Shown here: one piece after another, positions 55,540 through 63,464 of the stretch | Layout of the letters: every line of letters begins with the position of its first letter | How positions within the stretch are numbered: position 1 is the first letter of the stretch | Assembly (NCBI GenBank): GCA_039984715.1 | Contig: JBDWUA010000001.1 | Location: 43,314-107,313 of the forward strand | From: Paracoccaceae bacterium | GTDB taxonomy: Bacteria > Pseudomonadota > Alphaproteobacteria > Rhodobacterales > Rhodobacteraceae | Direction of reading: 5' to 3' | Length of the DNA stretch: 64,000 nt | The notes under the pieces: model-generated | The model's database searches: none | What the model was told of the DNA's origin: nothing | What the model saw: only the letters and a program-made list of their open reading frames with translations | Translations under genes and position numbers: made by a program

Positions 55540-56985
55540 ATGAAACGCGCACGCAATGTAAAAATCGTGGCAACGCTGGGGCCTTCTTCATCAACATACG
55601 AAGTGATCCGTAGCTTGCACGAAGCGGGCGCGGATGTGTTCCGCCTGAATATGAGCCACGGCGCTCATGACGAAATCGCGGAACGTCACAAGATCATTCG
55701 GCAAGTCGAAGAAGACACGAATTCCGCCATCGCGATTCTTGCAGATTTGCAGGGGCCGAAATTGCGTGTTGGAACGTTCGCGGAAGAGTCCGAAGAGTTG
55801 GTCGAAGGTGCGGATTTCCGGCTGGACCTGGATTCAACCGACGGCACATTGGAACGTGTCTGCCTGCCGCACCCGGAAATTTTTGAGGCGTTGCAACCGG
55901 GCGCTACTCTTCTTGTGAACGACGGGAAGATTCGCCTGAAGGTCAAACATTGTGGTGTCGACTTCGCAGATTGCGTTGTTGTTGCAGGTGGAACGATTTC
56001 CAACCGAAAAGGTGTCAACGTTCCAGACGTTGAATTGCCATTGGCGGCTCTGTCTGAAAAAGACCTCAAGGATCTCGAATTCGTTTGTAATTTGGGTGTC
56101 GACTGGCTGGCGCTTAGCTTTGTTCAGCGTGCCAGCGATGTCGAGCAGGCGCGTCAGTTGGCGCAAGGTCGCGCCGCGATCTTGTCCAAGATCGAAAAAC
56201 CAAGTGCCGTCGAAAAATTTGAAGAAATTCTGTCGGCCAGTGATGGCATCATGGTCGCACGTGGTGATTTGGGTGTCGAACTGCCTGTGCATGCAGTTCC
56301 GCCAATTCAAAAACGTCTTGTCCGCAAATGTCGCTCTGTTGCGAAACCGGTGATTGTGGCGACGCAGATGTTGGAAAGCATGATTGAAAGCCCGATGCCG
56401 ACACGCGCCGAAGTCAGCGACGTGGCGACAGCGATCTATGAAGGCGCAGACGCTGTTATGTTGAGCGCGGAAAGTGCCGCCGGACAATATCCAATCGAAG
56501 CTGTGTCGACTATGAACAATGTTGCGACCGAAGTTGAAGGTGATCCGACATATCGTGACATTATCAACGCAAGCCGCACAGGCGTCAAAACGACAATTGC
56601 GGATGGCATTGTGTCTGCCGCACGCGAAATTGCGGAGACCACGAATATCAAAGCGATTTGTTGCTATACGCAATCGGGTACAACTGCTTTGCTTGTTGCG
56701 CGGGAACGTCCACGTGTGCCGATTATTGCTTTGACGTCCTTACAACGCACGGCCCGTCGATTGGCCCTGTCTTGGGGATGTACCTGTGTGATGATCGAAG
56801 GCATGGAACGCTTTAAAATGGCAGTTGTTGGTGCCGCGCGTGCCGCACGCGAAGTTGGATTGGCGGGCCCTGAAGATCAGATCGTTGTTACAGCCGGTGT
56901 TCCGTTCAATGTGACGGGCACAACAAACATCTTACGTGTAGCACCTTGCGACGAACGTTTGATTTTCAGCACCGACCCAGAGTAA
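55540..56985 (+). CDS. pyk: pyruvate kinase
   Basis: KIVATLGPSS, FRLNMSHG, MVARGDLGVE and VATQMLESM motifs. The ATG at 55540 follows AAGGGG. The TTG 55501 extension is unlikely. Confidence 0.95.
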   Translation: MKRARNVKIVATLGPSSSTYEVIRSLHEAGADVFRLNMSHGAHDEIAERHKIIRQVEEDTNSAIAILADLQGPKLRVGTFAEESEELVEGADFRLDLDSTDGTLERVCLPHPEIFEALQPGATLLVNDGKIRLKVKHCGVDFADCVVVAGGTISNRKGVNVPDVELPLAALSEKDLKDLEFVCNLGVDWLALSFVQRASDVEQARQLAQGRAAILSKIEKPSAVEKFEEILSASDGIMVARGDLGVELPVHAVPPIQKRLVRKCRSVAKPVIVATQMLESMIESPMPTRAEVSDVATAIYEGADAVMLSAESAAGQYPIEAVSTMNNVATEVEGDPTYRDIINASRTGVKTTIADGIVSAAREIAETTNIKAICCYTQSGTTALLVARERPRVPIIALTSLQRTARRLALSWGCTCVMIEGMERFKMAVVGAARAAREVGLAGPEDQIVVTAGVPFNVTGTTNILRVAPCDERLIFSTDPE

Positions 56986-57020
56986 CATCTCGCTCAATAG
57001 GTTAGAGCGAGACGAATATT

Positions 57021-57242
57021 ATGACACCTGACATGGCCTTGGTTATCGGCTTGATTCTTGCTGGGTTAGCGGTGCCCTCTATGTTGTCAGCCTTTTCTGA
57101 CAAGCGGGCCCCGCGTGCTTCGGCCTTGACCATTTTGATAGCTGGCGGGTTGTTGTTGTTTGCAATCAAAACCCAACCGGGCGGCTATACTTTGCAGGAC
57201 ATCCCCAATGCTTTTGTAAGGGTTATTGGCCAGATCCTTTAG
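57021..57242 (+). CDS. small two-helix membrane protein, hypothetical
   Basis: 73-aa ORF with two hydrophobic helices (ALVIGLILAGLAVPSML and LTILIAGGLLLFAI). Weak RBS. Coding status is inferred only from ORF length and hydropathy. Confidence 0.45.
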   Translation: MTPDMALVIGLILAGLAVPSMLSAFSDKRAPRASALTILIAGGLLLFAIKTQPGGYTLQDIPNAFVRVIGQIL

Positions 57243-58000
57243 GCCAGTTCCTGAAAACTGTTGGAAAGATCGCCCATGGCTTTTCTGAACGGCTGCGGGC
57301 CATAACTGACGCGCGACACACCGCATTCTGCGGCAACTTTCGGCGAGGACAGTGGCCCCATCATCATGACGTTTACCGGCAAGGCGACTTGGCTTGTTAC
57401 CTTTTGGATCAATCCAAGATCGGTCAATCCCGGAACAAAGAACCCGTCTGCGCCTGCATCTGAGTAGGCATTTGCACGTTCAAACGTTTCATCCATAAGT
57501 TCGGAATGATCTGCGTCTTTCGGAGCTTTTAAAAATAGGTCAGTGCGTGCATTGATAAAGAGAGGGATACCTGCGTCTTCGGCTGCTTTGCGCGCGGCCT
57601 CGATGCGGGCAACCTGTCCCGAAATGGGATGCAGCCCCTGACCACCGACAATTTGATCCTCAAAATTGATACCAATCGCACCGGCATTGATGACTTGCGC
57701 CACGTGCTTGCGCACATCTGATGCAGAGTCTGCGTAAGCGCCTTCAAAGTCTATACTCACAGGGACATCAACTGTCAGGGCAATGCGCTTCACGATTTGC
57801 AGCACGAAGTCCAATGGAATGCCGTGACCATCTTTGTACCCTTGCGCCGCTGCGACAGACCAACTGCCGGTTGCCACCGCTGATGCTCCAGCTTGTACAA
57901 GCGTCTTGGCGCTTCCTGCATCCCAAATATTGTATAGGACTATGGGGTCTCCTTTTTTGTGCATCTCTTTGAAAGTTTGGGCTTTGCTGGCTTGGTTCAT
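57239..58000 (-). CDS. isocitrate lyase / PEP mutase superfamily protein
   Basis: FKEMHKKGDPIVLYNIWDAGSAK...ATGSWSVAAAQGYKDG...SIDFEGAY...GINFEDQ is typical of the ICL/PEPM TIM barrel. The ATG overlaps the ada stop (ATGA). Confidence 0.8.
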   Translation of the reverse strand: MNQASKAQTFKEMHKKGDPIVLYNIWDAGSAKTLVQAGASAVATGSWSVAAAQGYKDGHGIPLDFVLQIVKRIALTVDVPVSIDFEGAYADSASDVRKHVAQVINAGAIGINFEDQIVGGQGLHPISGQVARIEAARKAAEDAGIPLFINARTDLFLKAPKDADHSELMDETFERANAYSDAGADGFFVPGLTDLGLIQKVTSQVALPVNVMMMGPLSSPKVAAECGVSRVSYGPQPFRKAMGDLSNSFQELA

Positions 58001-59070
58001 TCTTTGTCTCCTCGGTGTCGGTTTTTATAATGTTGTTCGATTTCGATAAGTTTCTGTTTTCGCCACAAACCGCCGCCATACCCGGTCAAAGATCCATCAG
58101 CGGCTATAACCCGGTGACACGGCACTATGATCGCGATTTGGTTCGCGCCGTTGGCCCGTGCAACTGCGCGCGTTGCATCAGGCCGTCCGATATTGGTCGC
58201 AATTTCTGTATAGGTCCTTGTTGTGCCGGCCGGGATTTGTTGCAGCTCTGTCCAAACTGACTTCGAAAACGGAGTCCCATTGAAAGCCAGCGGCGTTTCG
58301 AAGCTTGGATTTGTTCCCGAAAAGAATGCACCAAGCTCAGCACGTACTTGTTCGGCTGGCGCGCTTTTCCCAATACTGAGGTCGCATTTGGTCACCCTTT
58401 GCAGTGTCTCTAGCTCTGTCGGAAGGGCTTTGCGGTCGACGAATTCCAAAATGTGTAAATGGCTAGGGGAACAGACGGCGACCATGTCGCCCAGTGGCGT
58501 GGTAATCCAATCCACCTTCAATAAAGTGTCGCCCTTCAATGAGCTGGGCGAGCGACCAATGAGTTTGCCAAAAGCCTGTCGAAACGCGCTTGGTGATTCA
58601 AATCCAGCGCTTAGTTGGGCTTCAATGACTTTGGATTTGTCCGCAAGGACAGTAAAGCTCTGTTGAAGTCGCCTTTGCCGTGCCATTTGCAAGAAGGTCA
58701 TGCCAAATTGACGTTTGAAGTTTTTTCGGATTGCTGAAGGGTCATATCCCATCCGTGCAATATCAATTTCAGTCCATCGATAATCTGGTTGCTTTTCAAG
58801 TGCACTTAACAATTCTGAAACTGCCGGGTCTGACTGTGCTGCGGGTTGCACCGGATGACACCGTTTACAGGGGCGAAATCCGGCATCGATACAATGCGCC
58901 ACCGACGCAAAGAATGTGCAGTTTTCCGATTTCGGTTTGCGTGCAGGACAGGTCAAACGACAAAAGACACCAGTTGTCGAAACGCCAACAAAAGCAACAC
59001 CGTCATACCGTTCGTCACGTGCCAACAGCGCTTTATAAAGTGCTTCGTGATTTGGTAATTCAAACAACAT
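57997..59070 (-). CDS. ada: bifunctional Ada: methylphosphotriester-DNA alkyltransferase/AraC-type activator + O6-methylguanine-DNA methyltransferase
   Basis: N-terminal zinc Cys4 domain (FCRLTCPARKPKSENC...FRPCKRCHP), AraC HTH, and C-terminal MGMT with the active site IIVPCHRVI. Confidence 0.9.
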   Translation of the reverse strand: MLFELPNHEALYKALLARDERYDGVAFVGVSTTGVFCRLTCPARKPKSENCTFFASVAHCIDAGFRPCKRCHPVQPAAQSDPAVSELLSALEKQPDYRWTEIDIARMGYDPSAIRKNFKRQFGMTFLQMARQRRLQQSFTVLADKSKVIEAQLSAGFESPSAFRQAFGKLIGRSPSSLKGDTLLKVDWITTPLGDMVAVCSPSHLHILEFVDRKALPTELETLQRVTKCDLSIGKSAPAEQVRAELGAFFSGTNPSFETPLAFNGTPFSKSVWTELQQIPAGTTRTYTEIATNIGRPDATRAVARANGANQIAIIVPCHRVIAADGSLTGYGGGLWRKQKLIEIEQHYKNRHRGDKE

Positions 59071-59252
59071 GCCTCACAGATAACATCTTGCCCCACTAAC
59101 GCCGCCGAAAAACGGGACGCTATTTATCATTCTTTACCCAAGAAACACTTGCCATCCGTTGCTGCTCTGCCTATAGCAGCGCTTCGTTCGGGTGGCCGGC
59201 CAGTGTGGCATGCCGAGTCGCCTTACAACCGAACTCAAACTAGGAGACGGAA

Positions 59253-59453
59253 ATGCCCAAGATGAAGACCAAGTCGAGCGCGAAGAAGCGCTTTAAAGTG
59301 ACGGCGACCGGGAAGGTCATCGGTGGTCAGGCCGGAAAACGCCACGGCATGATCAAACGCACTCGTAAATTTATTCGCAACGCACGTGGAACGACAGAAC
59401 TGTCCGCACCTGATGCGAAAATCGTCAAGGGCTTTATGCCCTACGACCGCTAA
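59253..59453 (+). CDS. rpmI: 50S ribosomal protein L35
   Basis: [22 protein letters not shown]..., 66 aa, RBS AGGAGA. Confidence 0.95.
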   Translation: MPKMKTKSSAKKRFKVTATGKVIGGQAGKRHGMIKRTRKFIRNARGTTELSAPDAKIVKGFMPYDR

Positions 59454-59467
59454 GAGGAGCCTGAGAC

Positions 59468-59833
59468 ATGTCGCGAGTAAAAGGCGGAACAACGACGCAT
59501 GCGCGTCACAAGAAGGTCATCAAGGCCGCTAAAGGCTATTATGGCCGTCGTAAATCGACGTTCAAAGTCGCACGTCAAGCGGTCGATAAGGCGAACCAAT
59601 ACGCCACACGTGACCGGAAGAATCGCAAGCGGAATTTCCGCGCACTTTGGATTCAGCGGATCAACGCTGCGGTACGTTCACATGACGAAGCGCTGACATA
59701 CAGCCGTTTCATCAACGGTTTGAACCTTGCCGGTATCGAAGTTGACCGTAAAGTTTTGGCTGATCTTGCTGTGAACGAACCTGAAGCGTTTGCTGCAATT
59801 GTTGACCAAGCCAAAGGCGCTTTGGCCGCTTAA
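59468..59833 (+). CDS. rplT: 50S ribosomal protein L20
   Basis: [29 protein letters not shown]..., 121 aa. Confidence 0.95.
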   Translation: MSRVKGGTTTHARHKKVIKAAKGYYGRRKSTFKVARQAVDKANQYATRDRKNRKRNFRALWIQRINAAVRSHDEALTYSRFINGLNLAGIEVDRKVLADLAVNEPEAFAAIVDQAKGALAA

Positions 59834-59854
59834 TTGCTGTCAAAATTAGATTTG

Positions 59855-59886
59855 AAAAGGCGCGAGCATTGCTTTGCGCCTTTTTT
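59855..59886 (+). terminator. intrinsic terminator after rplT
   Basis: AAAAGGCGC-(12-nt loop)-GCGCCTTTTTTGTT lies about 22 nt after the rplT stop. Confidence 0.65.
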
Positions 59887-59957
59887 GTTGCGTGTTCAGT
59901 CCTTGTGATCGCGCATGATCGGGGCAGGGCCCGCCTAACGTCGTGGTGCAAGCCGCG

Positions 59958-62900
59958 TTAGGCCAACCAATCCGTGCTTAAATCGACATCTGGTTTCATG
60001 CGGGTGAGTTCGACAATATCGATGCCGTCAGCGCCACCTGCTCCATCCAAATCAAGAACCAGTTTCGCGCCTGCATCCGTATCCACAAGGTGAAAGACCT
60101 CTGCGGCAATTGCATCTTCTAAGGTGTATGCGGACCCAGACAACAGCGCGGATACGTCCAGCACGTCGCCAAAATCTGCCCGGAAATCGAGGATGGTGTC
60201 CGGAGTGTCTTGGGTGCTGCTGAACACAAAGGTATCCGCGCCTCCACCGCCGCGCATCGTATCAATACCCGCGCCCCCTTCGATGTGATCATCGCCATTT
60301 CCGCCGATCAAACTGTCATTTCCAGCGCCGCCATAGATTGAATCCGCGCCGGTGCCAGCAGTCACCGTGTCATTCCCGCCATCGCCATAAATTACGTCAT
60401 CGCCACCAGATGCCGATACATAATCATCACCATTTCCAGCAATGACAGTGTCGTCCCCAATCTGAGCAAGAAGGCGGTCCGCACCTTCGCCTCCATCGAT
60501 CAAATCGTCACCAGCACCACCGTCAATGGTGTCTTGACCGACACCTCCGTAAACTTCGTCATTGCCTGTGTCTGCACGCACTGAATCAGCGCCACTTCCG
60601 CCATCAACGGTATCGTCACCCTTTCCAGCGTTCAGGCTGTCATTCCCGGCACCACCAAATAGCTCGTCGCCGTCATTTCCACCTTCAAGTGTGTCGTCTC
60701 CCATACCGCCGATCAACGCGTCAAAGCCGTCACCGCCCTGCAACTTGTCATGACCGTCTGCGCCGGACATGGTGTCGTCGCCTGTGTCGCCACGCATATA
60801 GTCATCGCCTTCACCGCCAGACATGTCGTCATCGCCTGCACCGCCATACAAACTGTCATTGTCAGAGCCGCCGATGACGGTGTCATCGCCATCATCTGTT
60901 CTGATGAAATTCAGGCCGTCGCCCGCGTCAACGTAATCATCACCACCACCTGAATAAACACGGTCATCCCCGGCCCCAACTTCGATAGTGTCGTTGCCGC
61001 CGTTGCTTCGAACGAAATCAGAGCCGTCTCCGCCATACACGAGGTTATGGCCATCACCGCCATAAAGCCGGTCATTTCCAGCGCCGCCGTCAAGTGTATC
61101 ATCGCCATCGTCGCCACGCAGGAAGTCGTTCCCGGATCCAGCGCTTAGGCTGTCATCGCCTGCACCGCCAAACCCGCGGTTGTTTCCTTCGCCAAGGTGG
61201 ATCGTGTCGTTGCCTTCGAAAGACTTGGCAAAATCGTCACCGTTGCCGCCATAGATGAGGTTGTCACCAGTTCCACCGTTGATGTTGTCATCGCCTTCAT
61301 CACCAGTGATCGTATCATTTCCGACACCACCATATATTCGATCATCACCGTTGCCGCCGGTTATGCTGTCGTCGCCCTCGTCTCCGTAAAGGCGGTCTTT
61401 TCCGTCGCCACCGTTCTGCGTGTCGTTGCCAAGGCGGCCGTTAAGGCGGTCGTCTCCTGAACCGCCATCCATGCTATCCGCGCCTTCGCCTCCGTCCAAC
61501 AAGTCGTTGTCTGCACCGCCTGACATCGTGTCATCACCAAGCTGACCCAGAAGACGATCTGTGCCATCGCCCCCGGACAGGACATCGTCTCCGCCGCCTC
61601 CATCCAACAAATCGCGATCGCCCCCTGCGGTCAGGTGGTCGTCTCCTTCGCCGCCGTACAGAATATCGCGGCCACTGCCAGTAGACAGCGTGTCATCGCC
61701 CTCTAAGCCATAAAGACGGTTGCGCCCCTCGCCCCCGTCCAGATCATTGTCAAGCGCGTTGCCCCAGCCAAGGTCATTGCCAGAGCCCATGATCATGTTT
61801 TCAATTTCTGTCCCATCCGCGATTGTAATCCCTTTTGAGCCAACGCGCCCGGATTCACCCGCTACAAGGCTGACGCGTGTTGCAAGGGTTACATCGCTCA
61901 TGTCTAGGACATCGGTTCCGCCATCCGTATCGCGGATTATGCTGCCTGCCTCTGTCCATCCTTCGACCCACTGATCAGTCACAACATAGACGGTGTCGAC
62001 GCTGCCAGTTGGTTGAGGGTCATCTGGGCCTGTGCCAGGGTCCGTGCCAGGATCTGTACCAGGGTCTGTTCCGGGATCTGTCGGAATTCCACCACTGATG
62101 TCAGTGATCGTTTCCAATGACGCAGTTGTGGTCAAACCATCAATGAAGGCCAGACGAGTTGTCCCAACACCGCCAAAAATATCCATATTTACAGTGATAT
62201 ACGCACCGCCAGCACCCGCTTCGAGAAACAGCGTTCCGTCCGCGACTGGATCAGATCCTGTGTAGCCAAGGCTTGCTAACAATGCGGCGACACCAATTTT
62301 GTCACCCTCTGTGATACTGAAATCCAGTATCGTGTCTCCGCCTTCGGTCAGGCTGTTGTACAAAAACAGATCAGCACCGTCACCGCCACGAAGTTCATCC
62401 GCGCCCACACCGCCTGTGATTGTGTCGTTCCCTGCGCCCGCGTCCACGGTGTCGCGGCCAGCGCCTGCATCAAGCACATTGGCAACCGCATTGCCGGTCA
62501 GATTGTCATTGCCCGACCCAAGGATCGCATTTTCGATCACCGTACCACGGGCAATCGCAAAGTTACCTGTCTTCCCGTCGATGCTCGAAAAAGTCTCAGC
62601 ATTGAGGTTCAGGGTTTGATGATTTGTACGCGTTGACAGATTGATGGTGTCGGTTCCGCCACTGTCGAACACCGCAATGGATCGACCGGACAGAAGATCC
62701 ATGCCGAATTGAGTCAGGCCGGTACCGTCGCCGTAAACAGTGTCTTCTGTGCGGACATTTGTCGGAGTTCCGTATAGGTTTTGAATGGCAAGAATATCTG
62801 CCATCTGGGCCGTTGCGACATAGGAAAAACTGGCGTCGACATCGGGATTTTGCGACTGTGCGAAATACGACATGATCGTCATTTGCCAGCTGTCATTTGT

Positions 62901-63464
62901 ATAATGCGCATCGCGCGAATAATTTGCGCTGCCGTTATAATTGCCCCCGTGGCCCAGACCCAAGGCATGGCCGATTTCATGAATGTAGGTTTGCAAGTAA
63001 TACGCACCGTAATTCACCCATGCATCGTCAACGTTGATTGTGGACCGGGTGATCGTTGATCCGATTGTGTAAGACTGCGCATACGCGCCCGAATTGTTGT
63101 CATCAAACGTAAGATCTGCAGTGCCGTTTGTTTGCTGGAAATTCAGTCCACTGACCGCGGACCAAGCCTCAAGCGCCTGTTCCGCAGTTTCACGACCAAC
63201 CGAATTTAACCCGGACAGGTTCACGGTCAGCGTATCGCCACTTGAGACGTCAAACGATCGCTCTGTTCGGCCATTCGATTGCCAATACCCCTCCGTCAGT
63301 TGGTCCGCGACCTGATCCAAAGAATAGACAGGTCTGCCCGCCGACGTCGCCGTGCTGCTGGACTGATCATAAGTTGCGCTGACAGAGCCTTCGTTAAGGC
63401 TTGGGATGCCGTGGTCATCATAGACCGTGATTTCGGGGTTCAGAGTTTGGCAAAGGGTACACAT
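59958..63464 (-). CDS. secreted serralysin-like (M10B) zinc metalloprotease fused to a very long RTX calcium-binding repeat region
   Basis: HEIGHALGLGH zinc site (62949-62981) with the Met-turn MTIMSYF. There is a first RTX block and then a second block of about 540 aa of GGxGxDxxx nonapeptides. The acidic C-terminus (...ILDFRADFGDVLDVSALL...) is typical of type I secretion substrates. SD AAGGTGA lies 9 nt upstream. Confidence 0.9.
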   Translation of the reverse strand: MCTLCQTLNPEITVYDDHGIPSLNEGSVSATYDQSSSTATSAGRPVYSLDQVADQLTEGYWQSNGRTERSFDVSSGDTLTVNLSGLNSVGRETAEQALEAWSAVSGLNFQQTNGTADLTFDDNNSGAYAQSYTIGSTITRSTINVDDAWVNYGAYYLQTYIHEIGHALGLGHGGNYNGSANYSRDAHYTNDSWQMTIMSYFAQSQNPDVDASFSYVATAQMADILAIQNLYGTPTNVRTEDTVYGDGTGLTQFGMDLLSGRSIAVFDSGGTDTINLSTRTNHQTLNLNAETFSSIDGKTGNFAIARGTVIENAILGSGNDNLTGNAVANVLDAGAGRDTVDAGAGNDTITGGVGADELRGGDGADLFLYNSLTEGGDTILDFSITEGDKIGVAALLASLGYTGSDPVADGTLFLEAGAGGAYITVNMDIFGGVGTTRLAFIDGLTTTASLETITDISGGIPTDPGTDPGTDPGTDPGTGPDDPQPTGSVDTVYVVTDQWVEGWTEAGSIIRDTDGGTDVLDMSDVTLATRVSLVAGESGRVGSKGITIADGTEIENMIMGSGNDLGWGNALDNDLDGGEGRNRLYGLEGDDTLSTGSGRDILYGGEGDDHLTAGGDRDLLDGGGGDDVLSGGDGTDRLLGQLGDDTMSGGADNDLLDGGEGADSMDGGSGDDRLNGRLGNDTQNGGDGKDRLYGDEGDDSITGGNGDDRIYGGVGNDTITGDEGDDNINGGTGDNLIYGGNGDDFAKSFEGNDTIHLGEGNNRGFGGAGDDSLSAGSGNDFLRGDDGDDTLDGGAGNDRLYGGDGHNLVYGGDGSDFVRSNGGNDTIEVGAGDDRVYSGGGDDYVDAGDGLNFIRTDDGDDTVIGGSDNDSLYGGAGDDDMSGGEGDDYMRGDTGDDTMSGADGHDKLQGGDGFDALIGGMGDDTLEGGNDGDELFGGAGNDSLNAGKGDDTVDGGSGADSVRADTGNDEVYGGVGQDTIDGGAGDDLIDGGEGADRLLAQIGDDTVIAGNGDDYVSASGGDDVIYGDGGNDTVTAGTGADSIYGGAGNDSLIGGNGDDHIEGGAGIDTMRGGGGADTFVFSSTQDTPDTILDFRADFGDVLDVSALLSGSAYTLEDAIAAEVFHLVDTDAGAKLVLDLDGAGGADGIDIVELTRMKPDVDLSTDWLA
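62004..62084 (-). repeat. Pro/Asp/Gly/Thr linker, (TDPG)x4 then GPDDPQPTG, inside the RTX gene
   Basis: It translates as PTDPGTDPGTDPGTDPGTGPDDPQPTG. The 12-nt units differ at synonymous positions (ACAGATCCCGGA / ACAGACCCTGGT / ACAGATCCTGGC / ACGGACCCTGGC). Confidence 0.85.

Noticed and set aside
55834-56673. 279-aa ORF on the minus strand.
   Set aside because: It is antisense to pyruvate kinase, whose identity is unambiguous. The translation is low-complexity (R/F/N/C-rich) and has no start context.
60562-62619. Many 60-106-aa ORFs in alternative frames, and strongly periodic DNA, inside the RTX gene. At first glance this could be a tandem-repeat or CRISPR-like array.
   Set aside because: The periodicity is 27 nt and imperfect, and it corresponds in frame to GGxGxDxxx nonapeptides of one long ORF. 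There is no repeat-spacer organisation. The alternative-frame ORFs are by-products of the repeats.
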